46,149 nt of DNA from a virus (IMGVR_UViG_3300032253_000002:1-46149), one strand, 5' to 3'. Shown: positions 25,393 to 35,940, numbered from the stretch's first letter. Notes: a model not told the origin generated them from the letters alone. Numbers and translations are program-made.

Positions 25393-25415
25393 GATTATGT
25401 GATAGTCTATCAGCA

Positions 25416-25483
25416 GCTTTGCTGGGGATACCGAGCTTTTATGCTCATTTGCCGTCACCCAAATTGTGTGTACCCAGCAAGGC
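25416..25483 (+). ncRNA. Candidate three-way-junction leader RNA
   Basis: GCUUUGCUGGG/CCCAGCAAGGC stem enclosing GAGC/GCUC and AUUUG/CAAAU hairpins. Confidence 0.45.
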
Positions 25484-25520
25484 ATCAAATTTAATATTTG
25501 TTACTATAAGGGTTTACAAA

Positions 25521-27032
25521 TTGTCATTAATAAGAGCAAGAATTAAAACTAACGAGGTTGCTGCTGTAAGTAGTGGTTTTGCTGAACCTTGGAATGCGCC
25601 ATTAAGAACCTTTCATACATCTAAAGACGCAATAGGCGGTAATCCTGCTGGTGATGATAGTAATGCTGGTACATCAGAAGCAGTACCGTTTGCTACCATT
25701 CAGCGTGGCCACAATGCTTGCGATACAGCAGGAGACCAACTTTTAGTTCGTGAATCTGCATCTCCGTATGTCGAGCCTTACCATACCTTTGGAGCAGACT
25801 ACCGAGGCATGACCATTACCGCGCAAGGCACAGCAACCGACTTTATTCATATTGAAAATTATCCGAATGAGCTTCCAGAAATAGAGCAAGGTCTTACTGC
25901 AATCACAACTTACGATGTTGATCTAACCACCGCTGATGGAACTTATCAGTGTCGTGGTATCTATGTTGCAAGTGGTACTCAATATGTGAAAATTCGTGGG
26001 TTTAGAATTAAGAACTGTGCTGAGCAAGGCATTTTCTGCGCACCAAGCGGTAGCATAACGGGATTATATGTTGAGCATGTTGAGGTTGTTGATATTTATG
26101 GTGAGTCTGCAAATAACCTAGCAGGTATACGCTTTGATAATGTTCATGGTGGTGTTATTAGGAATTGTATTATTCATGGTATTTACAATCTTTCAGGTTC
26201 AAGCAATCCATACACAGCCGAGCCTTATGATTTTGATGCCGCTATACATGGTTATTTTGCGGGAGACTGTAAGTTTTACAACAATAAAATTTATCACGCT
26301 GCAAAAGGTATCTTCCAAAAATCAGCCAATATACTAGGCGAAGATTCTCACGAGATTTTTAGAAACGAATTCCATTCATTAACCGAAGAGATGGTTTCGT
26401 ACCAGATCCAAGGTAGTGGATCAGACCCTATCCTTAATGCAATTGTTCGTGAGAACACAGGCTATAACGTTGGCCATTTAATAAATACCGATGATTTACA
26501 TACGATTCCTAGTCAATCAATTACTTTGCTTATCAAAAATAACACCGTTGTTAATGCTTCTTATATAGGCGGCATTAATGGCGTTAATAATGTAGATATA
26601 ATTGATAATATTTTCTCAGGAATCACATCCTCTGAATTTACTTTATATGCGCGCTCAGGCACAACGCCTTTAGCTAAAATAAGAACAATGAATTACAACA
26701 CTTTCCACAACGTTACTACGTTTAAAATGATTCTTGCTTATAACAATGGCGGCGGTACACAGGAAGAATACGCTTCACTGACCGCTTGGCGAACCGCTTT
26801 TGATGATTCGGCTCTAGGAGTTTCACAGTTAACAAATAATCCAGATGTAAACTCCACTACTACCGACCCATTAATTACTGATGCTGCAAACGGTAACTTT
26901 ACATTAGGTGGCGCTTCACCAGATAAAAATAATAGCTCAACAGGTGGCGAGCGTGGCGCACACGGTTTAGGTGCCACGGGAACCGGTGCAGGTGGTATAG
27001 GTGTTGATTGGGCAATAGGTGAAGCGGCATGA
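25521..27032 (+). CDS. Right-handed beta-helix (pectate-lyase-like) protein
   Basis: Likely TTG start 25521 after TAAGGG. GDDSNAGT...PFATIQ (DUF1565-like), repeated I.NN/GI.. coils, C-terminal DPL..D...GNF.L...SP. Confidence 0.8.
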   Translation: MSLIRARIKTNEVAAVSSGFAEPWNAPLRTFHTSKDAIGGNPAGDDSNAGTSEAVPFATIQRGHNACDTAGDQLLVRESASPYVEPYHTFGADYRGMTITAQGTATDFIHIENYPNELPEIEQGLTAITTYDVDLTTADGTYQCRGIYVASGTQYVKIRGFRIKNCAEQGIFCAPSGSITGLYVEHVEVVDIYGESANNLAGIRFDNVHGGVIRNCIIHGIYNLSGSSNPYTAEPYDFDAAIHGYFAGDCKFYNNKIYHAAKGIFQKSANILGEDSHEIFRNEFHSLTEEMVSYQIQGSGSDPILNAIVRENTGYNVGHLINTDDLHTIPSQSITLLIKNNTVVNASYIGGINGVNNVDIIDNIFSGITSSEFTLYARSGTTPLAKIRTMNYNTFHNVTTFKMILAYNNGGGTQEEYASLTAWRTAFDDSALGVSQLTNNPDVNSTTTDPLITDAANGNFTLGGASPDKNNSSTGGERGAHGLGATGTGAGGIGVDWAIGEAA

Positions 27033-27469
27033 GGACAATTGCAATAACAGTTTGGATAGGGATTGATGTCCCTGCTGCCAACTTTGATTATGGCAGTATT
27101 TTATCTGCACGAACAGTTAAGGTCTTTACTAGTGAAAAGGATTTTAAATCATCCAAATTTAAACCAAGCAAAAACTTTAATGTTGCAGCAGTTTTAAAAA
27201 ATGGGCAATTAGAGATAAAAGAGCAGCTTGGCAGTGAGTATGTGAATTACTTATTTTTAGAAAACGTACCGAAACATATTAATTTAAAAGACCTAGCGAC
27301 ACTGAAAAGAAAATTACAAGGTGTGTTATTTGTTAACGCTAAAATGGTTGATATATCAAACTCAGTATTTAAGCTTGGCGATAAGTTGCTTTCAATTGTC
27401 ACAAAAAACAAATTCACTACAGCAGACTTCTCAGCGCTTGAATTTATTAACAAAGAAGAGGCCGCATAA
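27029..27469 (+). CDS. Hypothetical protein
   Basis: 146 aa, translationally coupled to its neighbours. Confidence 0.65.
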   Translation: MRTIAITVWIGIDVPAANFDYGSILSARTVKVFTSEKDFKSSKFKPSKNFNVAAVLKNGQLEIKEQLGSEYVNYLFLENVPKHINLKDLATLKRKLQGVLFVNAKMVDISNSVFKLGDKLLSIVTKNKFTTADFSALEFINKEEAA

Positions 27470-28065
27470 TGGCAACTTTACAAGATTTATTTACAGGTGG
27501 TTATGATACGGCTATTTGGGATGTTTCAAAGACTAACGCAAACACAACCGTAACAGGTGTTGGCAATCTTATTGAGGTTGTTAATACCGATGGCAATGGT
27601 GGTTATGAAGGGTTAACGTCTAAGATTGCTTATGATTTATCCGCTTTATCGTTAGTCAGCGCAGTACCCGAAGTCTTAGGTAATCGGTTTGAATTATGGA
27701 TATCACCGCACGACTTAAATAATATCGACCCTACAACAGTCGCTAATTACATCATGATTCGGTATACAGGCGGCGACCTACGAATATTGCAGCGTATTTC
27801 GTCAGGTACACCAACAGACACTTATTTAACAGGCGGTGCGACCAGTGATGTTCTTGAGCTTAATATGCCAACAACAGGCAATGAAGTTCGAGCAATAATC
27901 AATACAGTAGAGCAAGGCTCACTCGCTTCATTCACAATGAGCAGAACTTGTTACATAGGCTTATTTGCTTACACAGATACAGCAGCACAAGAGGTTCATT
28001 TTGATACGTTCAATATGACGTATCAAGCTGCTGCAACCTCATCTTTACTTTTATTGGACTCATAG
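27469..28065 (+). CDS. Beta-rich putative virion/lectin-like protein
   Basis: D.F...DTA.W start and V.FD.F end suggest a concanavalin-like jelly roll. Confidence 0.5.
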   Translation: MATLQDLFTGGYDTAIWDVSKTNANTTVTGVGNLIEVVNTDGNGGYEGLTSKIAYDLSALSLVSAVPEVLGNRFELWISPHDLNNIDPTTVANYIMIRYTGGDLRILQRISSGTPTDTYLTGGATSDVLELNMPTTGNEVRAIINTVEQGSLASFTMSRTCYIGLFAYTDTAAQEVHFDTFNMTYQAAATSSLLLLDS

Positions 28066-28074
28066 GAAAATATT

Positions 28075-28677
28075 ATGTCTACTCACAATTTTGTTATAGA
28101 AAAAGGGGCGACAGATGTTAGTTTCGATGTGTTCGCTCAGGACTCAACAGACGGCACACCCTTAACAGGGCTTGTCTATAATACCGCTTCACTCACTGCT
28201 TATTATAAAATAGGCTCACTTGGGGCATTAACCGCATTAACCTTAGCAACTCAAACCGCGACAGGCGCACATTCAGACGGCGGCTTTGTTGAATTATCAG
28301 CAACCAACTATGAGGGTGTTTATCGGTTTGATATTTCAGACGCTATTGTTGCAGACACCGCAGGAATAGATAGAGCCTCTATCGTTATTCGAGGCGCAGC
28401 TAACTTACAACCAATCGTTATTAATATTGATTTGGTTGATGCAATCAATGTAGCGGCCGGCGTTGTAGAATCAAATGTTAAAAATGTTAATGGTACATCT
28501 CAGACAGCGGGTGATTTGCAAGCATTAATCACCACAGTGGACACGGTAGTCGATGCAATCAAAGTTGCCACTGATAAAATGGTATTCACTAAAGTGAATG
28601 AGCTTGATGTTAATCTCATTTCAATTAACGATGTAACGTTAACTGGAGATGGCTCAGCGTCGCCATTTGATGTGTAA
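28075..28677 (+). CDS. Putative virion appendage protein
   Basis: DSTDGTPLTGL...SDGGFVEL...GVYRFD, then a V.AIK..TD stalk-like segment. Confidence 0.55.
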   Translation: MSTHNFVIEKGATDVSFDVFAQDSTDGTPLTGLVYNTASLTAYYKIGSLGALTALTLATQTATGAHSDGGFVELSATNYEGVYRFDISDAIVADTAGIDRASIVIRGAANLQPIVINIDLVDAINVAAGVVESNVKNVNGTSQTAGDLQALITTVDTVVDAIKVATDKMVFTKVNELDVNLISINDVTLTGDGSASPFDV

Positions 28678-29624
28678 TGAGTCTTAGCGTAGCAGGCATT
28701 TGGGCAGTTGACGTTTGGGATCAAACAGTCTGGGCTGATGGTGTTTGGCAGGAAGGTGCCGCGGCTCCAAGTGCTGTCTTATCTGGTACAGCTAGTTCAA
28801 GTATTACCGAAGATGATTTAGCTGCTGATGATAAAACCAGTATTATCACTCTAACCAATGGTACTTGGCTTGCAGCCGGTACTGGGGCAATTGGATCAAG
28901 CGCGCAAACTCAATCTATCATTGATTTATTTTCCGCGGCTGAATCTGAAACATTAGGATTTAATAATGAAGTTACTGGGTCACTGGTAAGAACAAGTCCA
29001 ACTGTTGCGACAATTACTTGGACATCAAACGGCCATGATATAACCGCACAAGAAAATATAAGTGTTGCAGATATTCCGTTTGCCTTAATTGATGGTGCAT
29101 CAACGGATGTCGTAGTTAGTGAGACTTTTACAATTGATTTTGTTGCTGCGATATCTGCTGCTTTGTCAGGAACAATAACAGCTGGAACAAAAGAAAGTGA
29201 TATTGTTAACGGCGGTAAAACTATCATCATAACGCTTGTCAATGATACTTGGGTTACAGCTGGGGCAACATTTGATGCTCAACGACAAAACATAATTGAT
29301 GGTCTGAGTTCAGCACAATCAGAAGCAACTGGGTTTAATAATGAAGTTAAAGCAAAAGAAGTTGTTACTGCAGTTGTAAGAACATCTCCAACAGTAGTAA
29401 CAATTACTTTAACAGCACAAGCTGCTTATGACATTACAGCACAAGAAGTAATATCAGATATAATTCCTGCGACTGCATTAACAACAAGTGCAAGTCCTAT
29501 TGTGGTAGTTCCAACTTTTGCTGTTAATATTGATTCTGTTGCTGGAAGCACACCTGAAAACTTAACATCTAAATTAAACACTAACTTAATATCACCATTG
29601 TTAAGTAAATTGATAGGAGAATAA
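28677..29624 (+). CDS. Putative virion protein with two tandem Ig-like beta domains
   Basis: Trp-repeat N-terminus; about 125-aa internal duplication (LSGT...IITL.N.TW...GFNNEV...VRTSPTV.TIT...DITAQE). Confidence 0.6.
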   Translation: MSLSVAGIWAVDVWDQTVWADGVWQEGAAAPSAVLSGTASSSITEDDLAADDKTSIITLTNGTWLAAGTGAIGSSAQTQSIIDLFSAAESETLGFNNEVTGSLVRTSPTVATITWTSNGHDITAQENISVADIPFALIDGASTDVVVSETFTIDFVAAISAALSGTITAGTKESDIVNGGKTIIITLVNDTWVTAGATFDAQRQNIIDGLSSAQSEATGFNNEVKAKEVVTAVVRTSPTVVTITLTAQAAYDITAQEVISDIIPATALTTSASPIVVVPTFAVNIDSVAGSTPENLTSKLNTNLISPLLSKLIGE

Positions 29625-29628
29625 AATC

Positions 29629-29913
29629 ATGGCTATGAAAGCGTTAATCACAGCACAAACAGCTGCAGCAACACAGAAAATTGCATTGGGTCCTGGAAAA
29701 CATACAGTATCTGCAGGTAAATTAGTATCTGCTGAAGTTGTTACATTCCAACTTGATGAAGATGGTGTAGGTTCTTTGGGTGATTTATACCAAGATACTG
29801 CTATTCGTCAACTCACAGCAACACATAACGCAATGACAATCGAAGGTCCTATTGACTTACAAGTGTCAAAAGGTGTAACCGCTTCTGCTGTTGGTGTTTA
29901 TAGTAAAAGCTAA
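29629..29913 (+). CDS. Small beta-rich putative virion protein
   Basis: 94 aa, AGGAG RBS. Confidence 0.6.
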   Translation: MAMKALITAQTAAATQKIALGPGKHTVSAGKLVSAEVVTFQLDEDGVGSLGDLYQDTAIRQLTATHNAMTIEGPIDLQVSKGVTASAVGVYSKS

Positions 29914-29931
29914 TAACAACAAGGTGACATT

Positions 29932-31494
29932 GTGGGTACTATAAAATCAGCAATGACCTCGAGTGGTGAATATGCTACTGGTCAAATCGATTTACTCTTA
30001 GCTGATAACTGTTCAAAATATTATGCTGATCCGTATAACTGGGTGCTGTGGGCGTTTGATTGGGGTCACGGTGAGCTCGAAGGGTTTGAAGGTCCTGATG
30101 TTTGGCAACGTGAAACCTTAATCGATATCGGTCAACAAGTTATTGCACGTGGGTTCGACGGTGTAACACCCGTTGACCCGATACGTGAAGCAACCGCATC
30201 CGGTCATGGTATCGGCAAATCAGCACTGACTGCATGGCTTATCTTATGGATAATGTCTACTCGACCATATGCAAAAGGTATCGTCACAGCCAATACATCC
30301 GACCAATTACGGACTAAAACATGGGGTGAGCTGGGTAAATGGCGTTCACGCTGTATTGTCGGTCACTGGTTTGAATACAATAATGGTCGCGGCTCAATGT
30401 CGTTGTATCATAAATCGTGGCCTGAATCATGGCGTGTGGATGCACAGACGTGTCGTGAAGAAAATTCTGAAGCATTCGCTGGGCTACATTCTGCAAACTC
30501 AACACCGTTTTACTTGTTTGATGAAGCATCAGCAGTACCTGATAAAATATGGGAAGTTGCTGAAGGTGGTCTGACTGATGGTGAACCGATGTTCTTTGTT
30601 TTCGGTAACCCTACACGTAACACCGGTAAGTTTCGAGAATGTTTTAATCGTGGTAAGCATCGATGGGCAACACGTCAGATTGATAGTCGTACTGCTAAGA
30701 TGACGAACAAACGTTTAATTGGCCAGTGGAAAGATGACTGGGGTGAAGACTCCGATTTCTTCAGAGTACGTGTGCTTGGTCGATTCCCACGTGCAGGTGA
30801 CACACAGTTCATTCCAAGTGATGTGGTGTATGAAGCACAGAAGCGTGGTCCAGGTCGTTATCTCGGTGATGAACCATTAATATGCGGTATCGACGTGGCA
30901 CGTGGGGGTGGTGATAATTGTATGATTGGATTTAGACGCGGTAAAGATGCTAAATCAGAAAAAACTTATAGAATACCCGGTGAGAAGTCACGTAACTCAA
31001 TGGTTGTTATCAGTAAAATTACAATGATACTTGACAGACACAAACCTGATATTACTTTTTTAGATGAAACAGGTATCGGTGGACCCATGGCTGATAGACT
31101 TTCACAGCTTGGTTACAATGTCATTGGTATCGGTTTCGGCCACAATGCTGATGATGAGAAGTTGTATTCCAACAGGACAGCTGAAATGGGTGCACGATTA
31201 AGACAATGGTTGATGGATGGTGGTTCAATACCAGATGATCCACAGCTTGAAGAAGAACTGACATCACGTGACTATTGGCATGATAAAAAGGATCGGTTAG
31301 TTCTTGAAGATAAACCGTCAATGAAGAAACGTATTAAATGCTCACCTGATTGGGCTGATCAATTGTATTTAACCTTTGCTCAAATAGTACCAAAACTTGA
31401 ATATGAACGTGGAATGCTGGATTCAGCAGTACCATTGCGTAATCAAAACAATGCTGATTATGACCCATTAGATTGCATGAACAACAATATGTGA
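29932..31494 (+). CDS. terL: Terminase large subunit
   Basis: ASGHGIGKS (Walker A), LFDEAS (Walker B), GNP, CGIDVARGG.D, SPDWAD. Confidence 0.95.
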   Translation: MGTIKSAMTSSGEYATGQIDLLLADNCSKYYADPYNWVLWAFDWGHGELEGFEGPDVWQRETLIDIGQQVIARGFDGVTPVDPIREATASGHGIGKSALTAWLILWIMSTRPYAKGIVTANTSDQLRTKTWGELGKWRSRCIVGHWFEYNNGRGSMSLYHKSWPESWRVDAQTCREENSEAFAGLHSANSTPFYLFDEASAVPDKIWEVAEGGLTDGEPMFFVFGNPTRNTGKFRECFNRGKHRWATRQIDSRTAKMTNKRLIGQWKDDWGEDSDFFRVRVLGRFPRAGDTQFIPSDVVYEAQKRGPGRYLGDEPLICGIDVARGGGDNCMIGFRRGKDAKSEKTYRIPGEKSRNSMVVISKITMILDRHKPDITFLDETGIGGPMADRLSQLGYNVIGIGFGHNADDEKLYSNRTAEMGARLRQWLMDGGSIPDDPQLEEELTSRDYWHDKKDRLVLEDKPSMKKRIKCSPDWADQLYLTFAQIVPKLEYERGMLDSAVPLRNQNNADYDPLDCMNNNM

Positions 31495-31534
31495 TAGTAT
31501 AAATATTATTAATTTATAATATGAGGACAACGTT

Positions 31535-31762
31535 ATGTGCGTAGGACCATTGAAACCGAAAGTGCCAGAAGCACCACCACCACCGGCGAAAGTACCTGAA
31601 GCAGCAGCAACACCGGCGACGGCACCTAATACCCGTGGTAACAATGATGCAAGTAGACGACGACGTGCAGCAGGTGGTGCTGGTGTGGGTACCATTCTTA
31701 CCGGTTCACGTGGCGTAACTAACGGTGCATCAACATCAACGAAAACACTGTTAGGCCAATAA
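31535..31762 (+). CDS. Small virion protein preceding portal
   Basis: MC start, Pro-rich, TILTG..G...KTLLGQ end typical of this gene position. Confidence 0.75.
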   Translation: MCVGPLKPKVPEAPPPPAKVPEAAATPATAPNTRGNNDASRRRRAAGGAGVGTILTGSRGVTNGASTSTKTLLGQ

Positions 31763-31763
31763 C

Positions 31764-33440
31764 ATGCCAACAATTAGAAGCTATAACAAACGACTTGAAG
31801 CATTGCGTTCAGAACGCAGTTCTTTCATGAATTTATGGCGTGAGTTATCAGACCATCATCTTGCTCACCGCGGTCGGTTCTTAGTATCTGACCGCAACAA
31901 AGGGTTTAAACGCAACACGAAACAACTCAACAACACTAGTCGTTTAGCTATTAGAACGTTAGCGTCCGGTATGATGTCAGGTATCACATCACCTGCTAGA
32001 CCATGGTTTAGACTCGGTTCAGGTGACAAAAAACTTGATGACTTGAACTCAGTGAAGCTGTGGTTGCATGACGTACAAAGCATCATGTATCGGGTGTTCT
32101 CATCATCTAATTTTTACAACTCTATTCATCAGGTGTATTCAGAACTCGGTACTTTCGGTACCGCTGCAATGGGTATCTATGAAGATTTTGAGAATGTGAT
32201 TTGGTGTAAACCTTACACTGTTGGTAGCTACATGTTGGGTATGAACGGTCAGAGTGTTAATGACACGTTATATCTTGAGTATGAATTAAGTGTGTCACAG
32301 GTTGTTAAGCAGTTTGGTATTGAAAACTGCAGTGAGTCAGTTAAAAAACAATGGAACGACGGTAACACTGAAGCGTGGGTGAAGCTTGTATACTTAACTG
32401 AACCTAATGATGACCGTGATAGAAATAGTTTTAAAGCGTCTGATATGCCGTTTCGTTCTGTTTATTATGAGTCAGATGAAAATACTAAAGGTACGGCTGA
32501 TAAATTCTTACGTGAATCAGGGTTTGAAGAATACCCTATTGTATCCCCACGATGGGATGTCACCAGTGAAGATGTTTATGCGACTGATTGCCCTGGTATC
32601 ACTGCACTCGGTGATACTAAAGCGTTACAACTTGCTGAACGTCGTAAATATCAAGCGATTGATAAAGTGGTGTCACCAGCGTTACAAGGTCCAACATCAC
32701 TTAAGAACAAGATGAAGAGTAACCAGTTACAACCGAATGAAATTGTGTGGCATGCTGACACAAAGAATGGTGGTTTAACCAGTATTTATCAGAATTACAA
32801 TCCGCATATCAATGAGATTAAAGAAGAAATTAACAATGTAGAAGACCGTATCAGCCGGTCATTTTATGAAGATTTATTTTTAATGTTGGCAAACAGCGAC
32901 CGTCGTCAGATTACAGCACGTGAAATTGCTGAGAAGCATGAAGAAAAATTATTAATGTTAGGCCCAGTACTTGAACGTTTACACACTGAATTACTTGACC
33001 CTACGATTGACCGCGTGTTTAACATCCTGCAACGTAACGGTGTGCTACCTCCACCACCACCGGAATTAAAAGATAAAGACATTAACGTGGAATACGTTTC
33101 AGTATTAGCACAAGCACAGCGTCTTGTTAACACGGGTGCGATTGACCGGATTGTTGAATTCAGTAGCATTGCTGCGAATGTATGGCCTGAAGCACGTCAT
33201 AAAGTTAACATTAATCAAGCGATTGATGATTACTCTGAAGCACTCGGTGTTAACCCTACGATTGTCGCCAGTAATGAAGAAGCAGCTGCTGCTGCTGAAG
33301 CAGAGGCACAAGTACAGCAACAAATGGCTGCAATGGAACAAGCTGCAAGTATGGCGAACACAGCTAAAACAGCATCTGAAACACAAGTCAGTGATGATAA
33401 TGCACTCGGTAGTATCATGAATGCAGCTGGTTTAAGTTAA
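31764..33440 (+). CDS. Portal (head-tail connector)
   Basis: TLASGMMSGITSPARPWF, TAREIAEKHEEKLLMLGPVLERL, VEYVS.LAQAQR. Confidence 0.95.
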   Translation: MPTIRSYNKRLEALRSERSSFMNLWRELSDHHLAHRGRFLVSDRNKGFKRNTKQLNNTSRLAIRTLASGMMSGITSPARPWFRLGSGDKKLDDLNSVKLWLHDVQSIMYRVFSSSNFYNSIHQVYSELGTFGTAAMGIYEDFENVIWCKPYTVGSYMLGMNGQSVNDTLYLEYELSVSQVVKQFGIENCSESVKKQWNDGNTEAWVKLVYLTEPNDDRDRNSFKASDMPFRSVYYESDENTKGTADKFLRESGFEEYPIVSPRWDVTSEDVYATDCPGITALGDTKALQLAERRKYQAIDKVVSPALQGPTSLKNKMKSNQLQPNEIVWHADTKNGGLTSIYQNYNPHINEIKEEINNVEDRISRSFYEDLFLMLANSDRRQITAREIAEKHEEKLLMLGPVLERLHTELLDPTIDRVFNILQRNGVLPPPPPELKDKDINVEYVSVLAQAQRLVNTGAIDRIVEFSSIAANVWPEARHKVNINQAIDDYSEALGVNPTIVASNEEAAAAAEAEAQVQQQMAAMEQAASMANTAKTASETQVSDDNALGSIMNAAGLS

Positions 33441-33697
33441 TGGATGACGATATACCGAAAAAGAAAAAACATGACCCTGAAGAATTAGTTGTTCAGAACA
33501 TGATGAAGGATGAGTACGGGCGTAGATATATATGGAAACATTTGCAAAATATGGGTGTTTTTGAGAACATGTTCGATAGTGACCCCATTCAACATGCTTA
33601 TAATGCTGGGGTAAGAAGTGCCGGTTTGCAGTTGGACCAAGACTTAAGAGATTATGCACCTGGCGCATACGTTAAAATGATTCAGGAGAATATTTAA
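33440..33697 (+). CDS. Bbp19-like small protein
   Basis: GRRYIW..L...GVF...AYNAG.RS.GL; located between portal and scaffold. Confidence 0.75.
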   Translation: MDDDIPKKKKHDPEELVVQNMMKDEYGRRYIWKHLQNMGVFENMFDSDPIQHAYNAGVRSAGLQLDQDLRDYAPGAYVKMIQENI

Positions 33698-33698
33698 A

Positions 33699-34394
33699 AT
33701 GGGTGACTTAGCTGACACAACAAGTGTACAAACAGATACCGGTGCTGATACAGGTGCCGATACAAGTGCTGCTGATGCAAGCACTGAAACAGTTTTAACT
33801 GGTACCGCTGCAAGCGATACTGAAACAAATCTTGATGCAGCTGGTAACTCAGTTGTTGATGATGCCACCGGTGTTGATGATAAATCAGCCGATGGTGATG
33901 CTGGTAAAGAAGGTAGTGATACGCCTCCCGACACCTATGCCGATTTTGTTATGCCTGAAGGTATACAAGTTGACACCGCTTTACTTGAACAAGCAGCACC
34001 AATTTTTAAAGAATTGGGGTTGACTCAAGACCAAGCGCAGAAACTTGTTGACTTTCAAGCAGAGCAAGTCCAGGCGGGTTCGCAGAAGCAGATTGATGAC
34101 TTCAACCAGCTGATGAATGACTGGCGAACACAGGCTAGTAATGACAAAGAGTACGGTGGAGACAAGTTCGATGAGAACATCAAGATCGGACAAAATGCCA
34201 TTACTACATATGGTACGCCAGAATTGAAGCAGCTACTGGAAGAACAAGGTGTGGGTAACCATCCTGAAGTCATCCGGTTCATGGTTCGAGTCGGTCAAAC
34301 GCTGAAAGAAGATGTACCTGGTTCATCAGGAACTGCACCTGCTCAAGCGCAAGACCGTGTTACGTCACTTTACGGTGATCAATCTAAAAATTAA
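33699..34394 (+). CDS. Capsid scaffolding protein
   Basis: Acidic N-terminus; Y.DF..PEG, LGLTQDQAQKL, G.GNHPEVIR. Confidence 0.85.
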   Translation: MGDLADTTSVQTDTGADTGADTSAADASTETVLTGTAASDTETNLDAAGNSVVDDATGVDDKSADGDAGKEGSDTPPDTYADFVMPEGIQVDTALLEQAAPIFKELGLTQDQAQKLVDFQAEQVQAGSQKQIDDFNQLMNDWRTQASNDKEYGGDKFDENIKIGQNAITTYGTPELKQLLEEQGVGNHPEVIRFMVRVGQTLKEDVPGSSGTAPAQAQDRVTSLYGDQSKN

Positions 34395-34409
34395 TGAGGT
34401 ATTAAAATT

Positions 34410-35408
34410 ATGGCTACTTTAGGCGCAAGCTTTGTCGATTTAATCGACATCTACAAGCAGCAAGACGGTCACGGGAATTTCACACCTGTTATCGAAATGC
34501 TGACGGAAATGAACCCTATGCTTGACGACGCGATTGCGGTCGAGTGTAACAAGGGTACAACTCATCTCCATACAGTACGTTCGGGTTTACCGGCGGTTAC
34601 ATGGGGTAAATTGTATCAAGGCATTCCAAACGGAAAAGGCAAGACTTCTCAAGTAGAAGATACTACCGGTTTCGTTGAAGGTCTTAGTACTATCGACACA
34701 CGTTTGTTAGAGTTATCAACAAATGAAGGTGCGGTACGTTTATCTGAAGCACAATCATATCTTGAAGCAATGTCAAATGAAGTTGCTAGTAAGATGATTT
34801 ATGGTAATTCAGCATCTGATCCTGAAGAATTCATGGGGCTTGCTCCACGGTTCAACTCATTATCTGCTGCTAATGGTAATCAAATCATCAATGCTGGTGG
34901 TACAGGTTCTGACAACACTTCAATTTGGTTCGTTACTTGGGGTGATAACCAATGCAATATGTTGTATCCAAAAGGTACAATGGCCGGTGTTCAACGTAAA
35001 GACATGGGTGAACAACGTGTCACTGATAGTTCTGGTGATGCTTACTATGCTAAGGAAGAAAAATTCACTTGGCACGTAGGTATTGCTGTACGAGATTGGC
35101 GTTATGTTGCACGTATTGCAAACATCGATGTTTCATTGATGCAAGGCGGTTCTGTAGCACTTTACACGTTCATGCGTAAAGCGTTTTACAAATTGCAAAA
35201 CCGACGTGTTGCTGGCGGTAAAATCGCTATCTATTGTAACCGTGATGTATTAGAAGCACTTGATGCTTTGGCATCGAACGCAGGTGCAAGTGATAACTTC
35301 ATTCGGTTAAAAACTACGGAAGTGGAAGGTAAGGAAGTAATGACTTACCGTGGTATTCCAATTCGTGAAACCGATGCAATCATCAACACTGAAGCTGTAG
35401 TAGCTTAA
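34410..35408 (+). CDS. Major capsid protein
   Basis: IEML...N..LDD, F.GLAPRFN, G..VRDWRYVARIANID, GIPIR..DAI.NTE; strong GAGG RBS. Confidence 0.92.
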   Translation: MATLGASFVDLIDIYKQQDGHGNFTPVIEMLTEMNPMLDDAIAVECNKGTTHLHTVRSGLPAVTWGKLYQGIPNGKGKTSQVEDTTGFVEGLSTIDTRLLELSTNEGAVRLSEAQSYLEAMSNEVASKMIYGNSASDPEEFMGLAPRFNSLSAANGNQIINAGGTGSDNTSIWFVTWGDNQCNMLYPKGTMAGVQRKDMGEQRVTDSSGDAYYAKEEKFTWHVGIAVRDWRYVARIANIDVSLMQGGSVALYTFMRKAFYKLQNRRVAGGKIAIYCNRDVLEALDALASNAGASDNFIRLKTTEVEGKEVMTYRGIPIRETDAIINTEAVVA

Positions 35409-35423
35409 GTTTGGTACATCAGT

Positions 35424-35447
35424 GCTGGGGGTAACCCCAGCTTTGTT
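35424..35447 (+). terminator. Rho-independent terminator after capsid gene
   Basis: GCTGGGG-GTAA-CCCCAGC-TTTGTT. Confidence 0.75.
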
Positions 35448-35468
35448 AAAATATTTAGGAGATACAAA

Positions 35469-35906
35469 ATGATTTTATCAGCACAACAATTATTTTCTGA
35501 TGACCAGGCTATTACAGCTACTGCGATTTCAGAAAACGTAATCGACCAAGGCGCACCAAGCACATCGTATGGTGCTGTAGCTGCGTTGAATGATGATGTG
35601 GGTAAAGGTTGTCCTATCCCTGTTCTTATTCAGGTCACTGCAGACTTCAACACGTTAACCAGTTTGACTGTTACACTTGAAACAAGTGCAGCAGCAGGGT
35701 TGACATCACCTGTCGTACTAGCAACTGAGTCTATTGCACTAGCAGATTTAGTTGCCGGTAAACAGACTTTTCTTCAGTTTGTACCGAATGGTGATACGTT
35801 GCGTTATCTCGGTGTACGTTACACTGTCGTTGGTACTGACCCTACTTTGGGTAATATCACTGCAGGTATCAGTATGGGTAATCAAACTAACCTTACTGGT
35901 GCATAA
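35469..35906 (+). CDS. Bbp16-like capsid cement/decoration protein
   Basis: MIL....FS..QAITATA.S.NVID...RYL..RYTV...G.ITAGI. Confidence 0.8.
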   Translation: MILSAQQLFSDDQAITATAISENVIDQGAPSTSYGAVAALNDDVGKGCPIPVLIQVTADFNTLTSLTVTLETSAAAGLTSPVVLATESIALADLVAGKQTFLQFVPNGDTLRYLGVRYTVVGTDPTLGNITAGISMGNQTNLTGA

Positions 35907-35912
35907 TTGACG

Positions 35913-35940
35913 GGGTGACTTCGGTCACCCTTTCATTTTT
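35913..35940 (+). terminator. Rho-independent terminator
   Basis: GGGTGAC-TTCG-GTCACCC-TTTCATTTTT. Confidence 0.85.

Noticed and set aside
22511-25442. Shared GAGCTTTTAT in the two structured RNA candidates
   Set aside because: Only 10 bp, and on opposite transcribed strands; plausibly chance in an AT-rich genome.
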